A stretch of 64,000 nucleotides of DNA from Vicugna vicugna. Lineage: Eukaryota. Location of the stretch: the NCBI GenBank assembly GCA_013265495.1, contig MU058844.1, positions 750,941 through 814,940 on the forward strand, given 5' to 3'. How positions within the stretch are numbered: position 1 is the stretch's first letter; each line of letters begins with the position of its first letter. The notes below the pieces were generated by a model. The model did not search any database. It saw only the letters and a list, made by a program, of their open reading frames with translations, and was not told where the DNA came from. A program made the translations under genes and the position numbers. This document shows, piece by piece, positions 53,512-64,000 of the stretch.

Positions 53512-53512
53512 A
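52726..53512 (+). pseudogene. S100A10: Processed retrocopy of S100A10 (p11) mRNA: 5'UTR + CDS + 3'UTR + polyA-derived tail
   Basis: Intronless. GC-rich 5'UTR ends GGCTTCAACAGACCTCACCAAAATG. AATAAA at 53316-53321, A-rich/GAAA tail 53343-53512. Direct repeat AAAGAAAAGTATACCTGA at 52708-52725 and 53513-53530 (18-bp TSD). Confidence 0.95.
52799..53092 (+). CDS. S100A10: Intact 97-aa S100A10-like ORF of the retrocopy (expression unknown)
   Basis: MPSQIEHAMETMMFTFHKFAGDKGYLTK...DQCRDGKVGFQSFFSLIAGLTIAYNDYFVVHVKQKGKK. Full length with no stop or frameshift. Five differences from the human protein as recalled: M5I, E29D, V33I, C83Y, M91V. Confidence 0.85.
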   Translation: MPSQIEHAMETMMFTFHKFAGDKGYLTKDDLRILMEKEFPGFLENQKDPLAVDKIMKDLDQCRDGKVGFQSFFSLIAGLTIAYNDYFVVHVKQKGKK

Positions 53513-53520
53513 AAAGAAAA
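53343..53520 (+). repeat. Compound purine microsatellite (GAAA)n/(GGAA)n/(GA)n derived from the retrocopy polyA tail
   Basis: About 178 bp, almost purely A/G, starting about 20 nt after AATAAA and ending at the TSD. Confidence 0.95.
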
Positions 53521-53553
53521 GTATACCTGAGCGTTAATACCCTAAGCTTCAGA

Positions 53554-53701
53554 GGGGGAGGGTATAGCTCAGTGGTAGAGCATATGCCTAGCAAACACAA
53601 GGTCCTGGGTTCAACCCCCATGTACCTCCAAGAAAAATAAATAAATAAATAAATAAAAATCCAATTATTTCTCCCCCAAAATGAAAATGATAATAAAAAA
53701 A
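53554..53701 (+). mobile_element. tRNA-derived SINE (Vic-1-like)
   Basis: GGGGGAGGGTATAGCTCAGTGGTAGAG...GGTTCAACCCCC...(AAAT)n tail. Confidence 0.9.
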
Positions 53702-53996
53702 TAAGCTAATCTTCAAATCTAAGCAATTAGAAGAGAAAAGAACCAAAGATGGTAGCAAAAATGGAAATAATAATGATAAAGAGAAGTTAAAAGGCAAGAA
53801 GGTGCAAATGAGCAAATTTGGGAAAAATGTTTTAAATTGTAAAAAATTGAATCAGTATTTTAAAATCTTCTCATGAATGCACAGAAAACCCACCAGCCCC
53901 AGATAACTTTATAGGTGAGTTCTAACACACTTTCAAGGAATAAAAGATGGAGGTAGGGGAGAAGAAACATTCTTGGACTCATTTTCTGAAGTTGGA

Positions 53997-54328
53997 TGTG
54001 CAAAAATAAACAGAAACCTCGGTTACATAGAGTAAGCAGGCCAGAAGGGGGAGCTCCCGCGCTCTGCGATGATAGCAGATCTCAACAGGAGAAAGAAAGA
54101 CTTCTTTCCTTCTAAGGACTCAGCTAATGAAAAGCCATGGACTATGTTTACTACGGCCCTCCCAACTTACTTTTCCTGTCTATAAAAGCATTCTCCTTCT
54201 CTTGCTGTGCCCGAACTTGCAAGTAGTAAGCCATGGCTGCAGACCTCGAATTACAGTTCTCTGCTGATCATGAATAAATCCATCTTTGCTACAGAAATAT
54301 CAAGTAGTCTACTTATTTCAGGTCAACA
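53997..54328 (+). mobile_element. ERV1 solo LTR
   Basis: TG...CA ends, TATAAAA at 54181, AATAAA at 54273-54278. Confidence 0.8.
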
Positions 54329-54393
54329 GGTATTATGTGATATTAAAACCAAACAGGTTTAGTGTAAAAAAATGCAATTTATAGGTCCTCTCA

Positions 54394-56310
54394 GTTTTTT
54401 TAAATTGAAGTATAGTTGATTTATAATATTGTGTTAGTTTCTGTGGTACAGCATAGAGATTCAGTTGTACATATACATATATATTCTCTTTTCATAATAG
54501 TTATTACAAGTTATTGAATATAGTTCACAGTGCTATTCAGTAGGATTTTGTTGTTTGTCTATTTTGGGTACAGTAGTTTGTGTCTGCTAATCCTAATCTC
54601 CTAATTTAAACCTCACTCTGCCCTTCCCTTTGATAACCATAAGCTTATTTTCTATATCTGGGAGTTGTTTCTGTTTTGTAAGTAAGTTGATTTATATCAA
54701 TGTTTTAGATTCCACGTATAAGTGATATCATATGGTACTTTTCTTTCTCTTTCTGGCTTACTTCACTCAGTATGACAATCTCCATGTCCATATCCATGTT
54801 GCTGCAAATGGCATTATGTCATTCTTTTTATGGCTCAGTAGTATTCCATTGTATATATACCATATCTTCTTTATCCAATCATCTGTTGATGGATATTTAG
54901 GTTGTTTCTATGTTTTGGCTATTGTTAATAGTGCTGCTATGAACATTGGGTTGCATGTATCTTTTTGAATTAGTTTCCTCCAGATATACGCCCAGGAGTG
55001 GGATTGCTGGATCATAGGATACCTCTATTTTTAGTTTTTTAAGGAATCTCCGTACTGTTTTCCATAGTGGCTGCACCAAATTACATCCCCACCAATAGTG
55101 TAAGAGGGTTTCCTTTTCTACACACCCTCTCCAGCATTTATCATTTGTTTGATTTGCATTTCTCTGATAATTAGTGATACTGAGCATTTTTTCATTTGCC
55201 TATTGGTCATTTGTATCTCTTCATTGGAGAAATGTCTGTTTAAGTCTTCCACCCATTTTTTGATAGAGTTGTGGAGCTTTTTGGTGGGGAGGTTGTTTGT
55301 TTGTTTGTTTGTTTGTCATTGAGTTGTATAACCTATTTGTATATTCTGGAAGGTAAGTCCATGTCAGTCACATCATTTGCAAATATTTTCCTCCAGTCCG
55401 TAGGTCATTTTTGTTTTGTTTATGGTTTCCTTTGCTGTGCAAAAGCTTATATGTTTAATTAGGTCACATTTGTTTATTTTGGCTTTTATTTCTATTGCCT
55501 CAGTAGACTGCCTTAGGAGAACTTTGCTGTGCTTCTATCAGAGAACGTTTTACCTATGTTCTCTTTCAGGAGGTTTCTGGTGTCTTGTCTTATGTTTAAA
55601 TCTTTAAGCCATTTTGAGTTTATTTTTGCATGTGGTGTGAGCGAGTGTTCTAATTTCATTGATTTTCATGTGGCTGTCCAGTTTCTCAACACCACTTGTC
55701 AAGGAGACTATCTTTTCTCCATTGTATACTCTTGCCTCCTTTGTCAAAGATCAATTGACCAAAGGTGTGTGGGTTTATTTCTGGTCCCTCTATTCTGTTG
55801 CATTGATCCATATGTCTGTTTTTGTGCCAATACCACGCTGTTTTGATTACTGTAGCTTTATAGTATTATCTGAAGCCTGGGAGGGTCATGCCTCTAGCTT
55901 CCACCTTTTTCTTTGGTATTGCTTTGGCAATTCTGGGTCTTTTATGGTTATATATAAATTTTAGGATTATTTGTTCTAGTTTTGTGAAAAATATCCCAGG
56001 TAATTTGATAGGGATCTCATTAAATCTGTGGATTGCTTTGGGTAGTGTGGCCATTTTAACAATATTAATTTTTCAAATGTAAGAGCATAAGGTATCTTCC
56101 CATTTCTTTAAATCATCCTTAATTTCCTTAATGTTTTATAGTTCTCTGCATATAAGTCTTTCACCTTTTTGATCAGGTTTATTCCTAAGTTGTTTTTTTT
56201 TTTTTTGATGCAGTTTTAAAAAGGATTTTTTTTTAACTTTTTATGATATTTTATTGTTAGGGTGAAGAAATGCAACAGATTTTTGTATGTTAATCTTGTA
56301 TCCTGCTATC
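54394..56310 (-). mobile_element. ~1.9-kb L1 3' portion (ORF2 RT C-terminal half + 3'UTR), degraded
   Basis: Minus-strand ORFs [19 protein letters not shown] and [26 protein letters not shown] are L1 ORF2p motifs. Confidence 0.92.
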
Positions 56311-58180
56311 TCTACCTATAAAAGTTTAATTACATTTTGATACAGTAGCTACAGTTAGAAAATGCAAAAACTATATATAGGAATTATTTTAATCAAAATG
56401 TGTTAAGATCATTTTGTAGTAACGTGTAAAACATTACTGAATGGTATTAAAGAAGATCTAAATACATGGAGAGACAAAACATACTCATGGATTAGAGGAC
56501 TCAATAATTGAAGATATAGTTCTCCCAAAACTGATGAAATTGACTCAAATCAATTTCAGTTAAAATCTCAAGAGAATTTATTTTGTGAGTGGCATTTTTC
56601 AACATGTTTCTAAAAATTATGTACAAAGCAAAGGGCCAAGACTAGTAAAGTTGAGTATAAAAGAACAAGCTGATATCAAAACTTATCACAAAGCTACAAC
56701 AAATTAAGGTAATAAAAAACTGGCAAGAGACAGACAAACAGATCAATAGAATGGAATAGAAAACTACCTACCCAAATTACATATCTGTTTATTGAAAAAC
56801 CTGATATCTGACAGAGCTGGAAATGAATAGCAGTGAGAGATAGTGGGCACAGCTGGTTATTCATATGGGGAAAAAATTGGATTTCTAGTTTATACCATGT
56901 ATAAAATCAATTTCAGATGCACTAAAGAATTAAATGTGAAAGAGTATACTTTCCCCCCCTATACCTGCTGTTTCTTAATTGCCTTCAGCTCAAAATAATC
57001 CTTATGCTAAAGCAATATATTTTGATTCTTTCAGTAACAAGTGGCTTCTTGAGGTGGAATTTATTTTGTTGAATTTTACAATCTGGTTCTTGCTCCCTCC
57101 CCCTCCTCCCACCCCAGCTCTCTTCAGAGAGCACACGATTGTTTCCTCTCTACTTTCACCTTGAGAATGAGAGGCTAACAGATTTTCTACAGGTGCTGCT
57201 TGATATTCCATCTCATCATATGTCATTTCCATTAACCTCTCTCTCTGCAGAAAGTTGGGCTGGAAACTTCCTCTATTCAAGCAGCAGTATGAGGTCTTGG
57301 CTATCCTTCAGGCAATTTAGTTTACTTTTTAATTTACTTTGGGCTTGATTACTTTACATTTTTTGTCCTAAAATGGCTTATGTTTTTAAAGTCAAAGTGA
57401 ACCATGTCATTCTTTGTTTTCACTAATTTGTTCATACAGCACATATTTTGAGTACATACTATGGGACAGGGCACTATTTTAGATATTGGGGATATCACAA
57501 TGCACAAAGGGGGGTGGTTCTGCCTTTATATTTTAATGGAGGGAACAGACAATAAACAAGGTAAATATATAAAATGTAGTAAGATGGTGATAAATGGTAA
57601 AAAATGACTTTGTAAGAATAGATGTTAAATTGTAGAAAACCAGACCAGTAGTTGATGCAGATAATCCTTATGTTTTAGCAATGCAATTATCTTTGTCTCA
57701 TAGAGATGGAAATGATTTGTGTCTGGTAGAAAAGACTGGGTTGTAACCCAAAGGTTAGTTTTATTGCCCTATGGAGCATTAACCAATTTTTATGTAACTG
57801 AGTAATCTTATTCTAGCACTTTTTTCTCAATGACTATAAATAACTTTTGTCTTTCTATGCCCCATTTGAACCAGGTATATTATCCTGCTGGTTCTCTCAT
57901 TAATGAGGCCAACAACTCTGAGAGTCATGTTTTTAACTTTTTGAAAATTACATATTAACATATAAAGTATGCTTTATATAATTCTGATTTGCTAAGCATC
58001 TTTAATGAGCAAACAAATAAAAACTAAAAAAAATATAATCCAATAGAGTTTTTTTAAAAACCTTCATGAGTTGATTTTTAACATTCTAATATTAATATGA
58101 GGCATTAGAAGTGAAAATTATGAACACCATACAGTTAAGAGATGAAAGATTATGAAAATGTTTTTAAAATATACAGATAG

Positions 58181-58526
58181 TGTTAAAAGATAAATTGAGA
58201 CATACTAACATTTTTAAGAGTTTATTTGAGCATAAATCAGGCAATACCAAACTAGACGTGGTTAGGAGCACTCTAGCAAAAGGGGCAAAGCAAAAGACTT
58301 TTATAGGGAAGAAGTGGAAGCCAAGCAAATAAATTATTTGATTGGCTATAGCTTAAGCATTTGTCTTATTTGGAAAATGCTAGTTGGATGTTTGTGTTAG
58401 GTTGTCCTTAGATTTTGATTTCTTAACTTTGAGGCATTTCAGGCTTTGGTTTGGTTTGCTTAGATAGGCTGCTAAGGTATTAGAACCACCTCAGTCTAAT
58501 GGATATCTTATATAACTAATTTTACA
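58181..58526 (-). mobile_element. ERV1 solo LTR with 4-bp TSD ATAG
   Basis: TGTTAAAAG...TTTTACA flanked by ATAG at 58177-58180 and 58527-58530. Same family as 63317-63682. Confidence 0.8.
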
Positions 58527-58723
58527 ATAGATAAGTAAATTAAACAACTAAACTCCTAGAATGATATTGCCTATTTTACTGATGTTTTCCACCAGTCCAC
58601 TAGGTATTCAAGTGTTTGAAATCATTAACAGAACAGGCTTTGGACTACCTGGCTTCATATCTTGACTCAACCACTTCTTGGTCTGGGCAAGTTATTTAAT
58701 CTAACCCTTAGTACTCTCTCTCT

Positions 58724-58866
58724 TTTTTGTTTTTAATTGAAGTATAGCTGATTTACAATGTTGTGTTAGTTTCCGGTGTACAGGGCAATGATTAATATAT
58801 ATATATATGTCATGTTGTTTTTCATTATAGATTATTTCAAACTATTGAATATAGTTCCTTGTGCTA
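58724..58866 (-). mobile_element. Short L1 3' end
   Basis: TTTTAATTGAAGTATAGCTGATTTACAATG...GAATATAGTTCCTTGTGCTA. Confidence 0.8.
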
Positions 58867-59538
58867 AACAGCAAGGAAGTCATTAACAAAAGAAAATAGT
58901 CATTTTGGGCTGGGTTATCCTCTTTTGAGGGGCAGAGGAATATCAAGGGTTTTATTATGCAGATTGATTCTTCTTCCTCTAGGGGCTGGAGAGGGGCCAT
59001 GTCTCCAGATTACCTCATTAGTGCTGACCAGAACATTACAAATTAGTTGATTAAGGTTACATTTGAGAGTCCAGAAATAAACCCACACGTATACAAGCAA
59101 CTAATTTATGACAAAGGAGGCAAGAACATACATTGAAGAAAGGAATGTCTCTTTAATAAATAGTGTTGGTAAAACTAGGCAGCTATGTGCAAAAGATTGA
59201 AAGTTGACCCCTATCTTGTACCATATACAAAAATTAACTGAAAATGGATTAAAGACTTTAATGTAAGACCTGAAACCATAAATTCCTAGAAGAAAACATA
59301 GGCAGTACACTTTTTGACATCAGTCTTAGCAATATTTTTTTTTAGATAGGTCTCCCTAGGCAAGGGAAACAAAACCAAAAATAAACAAACAGGATTACAT
59401 CAAACTAAAAAAACCTTGCACAGCAAAGGAAAACATCAACAAAATGAAAAGAAAACTGCCGAATGGGAGAAAATATTTGCAAATCACATCTCTGATAAGG
59501 GGTTAATATCCAAAATATATGAAGAACTCATATTACAC

Positions 59539-60278
59539 TGAAACTGAGTCCTTCTAAAAGAAAGTTCCTCTGCTAAGTTTATGATTAACCTCTCTATCCA
59601 AAACATTATTCCCTTTCTTGTCCTGTACTGGTTCCCCTCAGGATAGAGGAGTATCAAAGCAAAAGAGGGTATTGAAAATGAGCAGAACCCTGTGAGGCCC
59701 TCCTGAGTGCAAAAGCCTTTCCAGGTCCCCCATTTCTTGCTTGCAGAAAAGGGCTTTGGTCTCCTAGGCCTTCCCTGAGTTCTTCCAAAGAGCAGATTCA
59801 AGCAGTTACTAATTAGCAAAGTGAGAAACTGCAGAAACAAAGGAAAATCAGTTGAGAGAAACAGTAGTTTGCTGATAAAACAGAGTCTGAGCTCCTCCTG
59901 GAGGGATATACATAATAATCTGATACATATCTTTGAGTTGTTCTGCAGGAGCTAAGGCCCCCATCCAGATAGAGGATGGTAACTATAGGCTGAGACCCCA
60001 TACTGGTTAGGACCAGAAGTTTGACGATTGAGATTCCTAGAAGACTGCTGTGTCTCACAACCAACCAACCAGAAGAAAGTCATGCTTCCTGCACCCCTCA
60101 CCCCAAATATTTCCTTTAAAAACTCTTCCCTAAAAGCCATCAGGGAGTTTGGGTCTTTTGAGCATCTCCCACTCTCCTGGCTTGGCCCTGCAATAAACCT
60201 TTCTCTGCTTCACACCCTGATGTTTTGGTTTGGTTGGCCTCACTGTGCATAGAGAACAGGAACTTGGGTTCAACAACA
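59539..60278 (+). mobile_element. ERV1 solo LTR, TSD ACAC
   Basis: TGAAAC...CAACA, AATAAA at 60192-60197, ACAC at 59535-59538 and 60279-60282. Confidence 0.85.
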
Positions 60279-60591
60279 ACACAACAATAACAAAAAAACA
60301 AACAACCTAATTTAAAAAGAGGCAGAGGATCTGAATAAACATTTTTCCAAAGAAGACACAAAGATGGTCAGCAAACACTTGAAAAGATATTCAACATCAC
60401 TAATTACTGAGGAAATGCAAATCACATCCACAATGAGCTATCACCTCTGTTAGAATGGCTGTTATCAAAAAGACAAGAAATAACAAATTGTTGCTGAGAA
60501 GGTCGAGAAAAGGGAGCCCTCCTGTACTATTGGTGGGAATGTAAATTGTTGAAACCACTACGGAGGTCTCCCAAAAAATTAAGAATAGAAC

Positions 60592-61061
60592 TATCAACTA
60601 AAATGAAATGTACAACATGAAAGCTGTGGGTCAAGTTTATTCAGTATCTTACTGAGGACTGTAGCCCCAGAGACATCCTCTCACATAGCCCTAAGAAACT
60701 GTTCAGAGAGGTAAGGGGGGAGGTCAGTAAATATGTAATTTTGGCAAAGAGGGTATGTGCAACCAAGCACACATCTTGTTAGGAGGTTGCTGATAGTCAG
60801 GAGGAACAGACATCTTAGTTTATGGTTTTAGTGCTTTTCTAAATATGGGAAGATGAAAGAATCCAAGTTCATAAAAAGTTTCTCCTGCAAATATATTAAC
60901 TATTTGAAGGTCTGTACTACCAGTTTTCCCAGAGCACAGGGTGCCTCATTCCTGATCTCTGCCCTGAACTCCTTTCAGGGTGTGTTAAAGGTCAGCTGCT
61001 GCACTAACTAATGATTCAATGCTTGCAGAGCTGAATGGCTAGTGACATTCTTTAGTTGGCA
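60592..61061 (-). mobile_element. ERV1 solo LTR, TSD GAAC/GGAC
   Basis: Inverted termini T(A)TCAACTAAA / TTTAGTTGGCA and reverse polyA signal TTTATT at ~60636. Confidence 0.8.
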
Positions 61062-61614
61062 GGACTACCACATGATCCAACTATTCCACTTCTGGGTGTT
61101 TATCCAAAGGATATGAAAATACTAATTAGAAAAGATATATGCACCCCATATTCATTTCAGTATTATTTATATTAGCCAAAATATAGAAACAACCTAAGTG
61201 CCTATCAATGGATGAATGGATAAAGAAGTGGTATGTACACACACACACATATACATACACTGGAATATTATTCAGCCATAAAAAAATGAAATCTTGCCAT
61301 TTGCAACCAATGGATGGACCTTTAAGGTATTATACTAAGTGGAATAATTCACGTGGAAAAAGACAAATTCCATATGATTTCACTCATATGTAGAATACTA
61401 AAAAGCAGAATAAACAAACAAGCAAAACAAAATGAAAACAAACATGTAGATACAGAGAACAAATTGGTAGTTACCAGAAGAGAAGAGGGGTGGAGGGAGG
61501 ACAAAAGGGGTAAAGGAGATCAATTGTATGGGCAGATAAAACTAGATTTTTGGTGGTAAGCATGCTGTAGTGTATATGGAGGTTGAATTATAATATTGTA
61601 GACATGAAATTTAT

Positions 61615-61908
61615 ATAGTTGTCCCTTTGTATCCGTGGAGGTTTGGTTCCAGGACCCCCCACAAATACACACATGCTCGAGTCCCTTATACAAAATAGAA
61701 TAGTACAGTGAATACAGCCGGCCCTCCATTATCTGTGGGTTTTGCATCTTCAGATTCAACCAACAGTGGATGGAAATTTCAATTGGTGATTGGTTGAATC
61801 CACAGGTGTGCAACCCAAGATCAGGGAGGGTCAACTGTACATTTATTGGAAAAAAATCTGCAGATAAGTGGACCCTCACAGTTCAAACCCATGTTCAAGG
61901 TTCAACTG
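61615..61908. mobile_element. MER2-type Tc/mariner (Tigger) MITE
   Basis: TAGTTGTCCCTTTGTATCC...GGTTCCAGGACCCCC...GTTCAAACCCATGTTCAAGGTTCAACTG with TA flanks. Confidence 0.8.
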
Positions 61909-62199
61909 TATAAAGTTTGCACCAATAATATGCTACTTCAAAAAAAAAAATTACATTCCTGAGGAAGATGGAAACTGCAGTTTGGTATTAAATCTGGGTT
62001 TGATATTTATCTTAAGCACAGCTGACATTGTTTGGGGCTGTAGTTTTTCTTGTTAACATATGATATCTCAGAAGTCTTCTTCAGTATATAAAAGGATTTA
62101 AAATTGATTTTGGCACTTATTTCTCATCGTAAGACTAAATTATTTATTATTAGCTTTAAATTTCATCCCAAGATCTTCTAATTAGTTTCTTGAGTGAAC

Positions 62200-62430
62200 T
62201 GTAGGGAGGCAAAATCATTTTCCCTCTACCCTTCTGAGTTACTGACTGAGACACCCTGTAATAAAAGGCAGATTAACAAGAGAAAAACAAATGGAAGTGT
62301 ATTAACATGCATACCTCATGTATATATGGGAGATACCAAGGGAAAAATGAGTAACTCCCTAACTAGCCTAAGCTATCAGTTTAAAAACCATCTTCAGCTA
62401 AAGATAAAAGAAAGGAAGGCATGTGTGTAT

Positions 62431-62480
<50 letters not shown>

Positions 62481-62600
62481 TGTGTGTTGGTGGGAGGAAG
62501 CCAGTTATAGGAGGTTACCAGGAAAAACCTACTAATGAAGGATAACATTTCTTATGCACATTTAGGTGGGTGCCATTGATAAGATTCTCTTGTATTTTAG
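62200..62600 (-). mobile_element. Partial MER34/39-like LTR containing (GT)n at 62434-62478, followed by an L1 fragment (62603-62870, minus) and a MER2 fragment (~62915-62985)
   Basis: TGTAGGGAGG...AAAAGGCAGATTAACAAGAGAAAAAC. L1: GAACCATCCTTGCATCCCTGGGATAAAGCCCACTTG. Confidence 0.7.
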
Positions 62601-63316
62601 TTATTCAGTTTGTTAATATGGTGTATCACATTAATTGATTTGTGGATATTGAACCATCCTTGCATCCCTGGGATAAAGCCCACTTGATTGTGGTGTATGA
62701 TCCTTTCAGTGTGTTGTTAAATTTGATTTGCTAGTATTTTGTTGAGGATTTTTGCATCTATGTTCATATTGGTGATACTGGCCTGCAATTTTCTTTTTTG
62801 GTGATATCTTTGTCTGGTTTTGGTATCAGGACAATGATACCAAACTCTCATAGAAGGAGTTTGGTATGTTGCAAATTTAATTTTTTTGGAACACTCTAGA
62901 ATTTCTTTTTTTGAATGTTTTCAATCCATGGTTGGTTGAATCTGCAGGTGCGGAACCCATGAATACAGAGGGTCCATTGACTATTCATTCAGCCAAACCC
63001 CAAATGCCAAGCCACCTCTGGGCCTTTTCACCCAAACAAGTTTGACTATGTGGTCCTGGGCCATCAGATATTTTTTATTTGTCTCTTCCTTATTCTTTAT
63101 TCTTATATTGTATAAAAACTTCTTGTCTTCCACCTCATTTTGCAGTTTTCTGAAAGGAGACCATGAATACCATGATATGTTTGTTTGTATCACCTAAATT
63201 GTCTTCTTTAGTCATTTTTCAAAAATAGTAGTTTACCATCCTTCTTTCTGCTTAAAAGCAGGGCATATATTTCTCCCTTCTCCTGTACCAGGTAAAGGAG
63301 AGCTATCTTTATCACT

Positions 63317-63682
63317 TGTTAAAAGATAAACTAAAGTATATTAAAATTTTTTAAGGGTATATTTGAGCAAAAATTGATTTGAATTGTGCAGTGCCTGACT
63401 GGAAGTGTTTAGGAACACTCTACCAATAGGATCTAGGGGAAGGACTTTGACAGAGAACAGGTGGAAGCTAAGCAAGGAAATTATTTGCTTGGCAATAGTT
63501 TAAGCAATTGCATTAACTGGGAAAGCCTAGTTGGCCGTTTGTGATTGGTTGTCCTTAGGTTTTCAATTCTCAATTCTGAGGCATTTTGGACTTAGGTTTT
63601 GGTTTGTTTCTGTAGGCTGCTAAGGTGTTGCCTTCTATTTAATTAATTTATCAATGGCCTCCTTTTTGATTAATTTATGACA
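63317..63682 (-). mobile_element. ERV1 solo LTR nested inside a MER34-like LTR (+, ~63240 to the window end)
   Basis: TGTTAAAAGATAAA... is similar to the 58181 copy. The host LTR has AATAAA at ~63953 and CTCCTGTTAATCTGTCTTT. Confidence 0.75.
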
Positions 63683-64000
63683 CTGGAGATGGAGAGCTGG
63701 CACTGAGATGAGTCTGCATAAACAAACCGTACTAAAATAACCCTTATCCTCCTTTCCTTCTACCCATATATTTTCTTGTCACTTTCCCACAATTTATCTG
63801 CTCTAGAAGCCCAAACCCCTCTGTCTAGTCACTTCTGTACAATGTATCACTGTTTGTTAACAATGACATATAAGTCCCTGAGTCTAAACACTTCTTTGGA
63901 TTTTTCACTTCTTTTTTTGTGAAATTGTCCTGCACATGCAAATATTAACATCAATAAAATTCGTATGCTGTCTCTCCTGTTAATCTGTCTTTCGTTAGTT

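Larger units (their letters stand above)
51105..56945 (+). mobile_element. Ancient L1 ORF2 host element fragmented by many nested insertions
   Basis: Endonuclease motif ICCLQETHL at 51114-51140, IFILDKIDFK at ~52143-52172, AGCCCCAGATAACTTTATAGGTGAGTTCT at ~53895, RT C-terminal region 56340-56945. Confidence 0.75.
59065..61612 (+). mobile_element. L1 (L1MA9-like) ORF2 3' half + 3'UTR interrupted by two solo LTRs
   Basis: GAGAGTCCAGAAATAAACCCACAC...; the L1 sequence resumes in register after each LTR. Confidence 0.9.

Noticed and set aside
53298..53621. Lys/Glu/Arg-rich and Phe/Leu/Ser-rich ORFs
   Set aside because: These are translations of the (GAAA)n microsatellite and the adjacent SINE.
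53997..54328. LTR acting as the promoter of the S100A10 retrocopy
   Set aside because: It lies downstream and points away from the retrocopy. No promoter is evident upstream, where the flank is decayed L1 ORF2.
58181..63682. Two same-family, same-orientation LTRs about 5 kb apart, suggesting a full provirus
   Set aside because: The first has its own TSD (ATAG/ATAG), the second is nested in another LTR, they are clearly diverged, and the interval is L1/MER2 with no gag/pol/env or PBS.
1..64000. CRISPR arrays, prokaryotic operons or defence systems, rRNA genes
   Set aside because: The sequence is mammalian. There are no regularly spaced repeat-spacer arrays, long ORFs or rRNA-like segments.

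Overview
Mammalian, AT-rich, repeat-dense genomic DNA. The tRNA-derived SINE family (GGGGAGGGTATAGCTCAGTGGTAGAG...GGTTCAATCCCC...AATAAATAAACCTAATT) and the cetartiodactyl-type L1 3' ends point to a camelid (alpaca/llama/camel). I found no spliced host-gene exons, so the window is intergenic or deep intronic. The only recognisable cellular coding sequence is an intronless, full-length S100A10 (p11) retrocopy (ORF 52799-53092). It has 5' and 3' UTRs, a polyA signal, a polyA-derived GAAA tract and an 18-bp TSD. The ORF is intact but differs from human S100A10, recalled from memory, at five residues, including C83Y in the annexin A2-binding site. The rest is layered transposon debris: L1 (including a twin-primed inversion and an internally deleted copy), L2, CR1/L3, MIR, MaLR and ERV1 solo LTRs, and hAT and Tc/mariner MITEs. 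Nearly all other ORFs in the track are spurious or repeat-derived. I see no firm evidence of a new biological system. The best leads are the variant retrocopy, a minus-strand recursive-splice-like site at 3854, and a double-hairpin region at 29.6-30.0 kb. Repeat subfamily names and boundaries were recognised by eye and are approximate.
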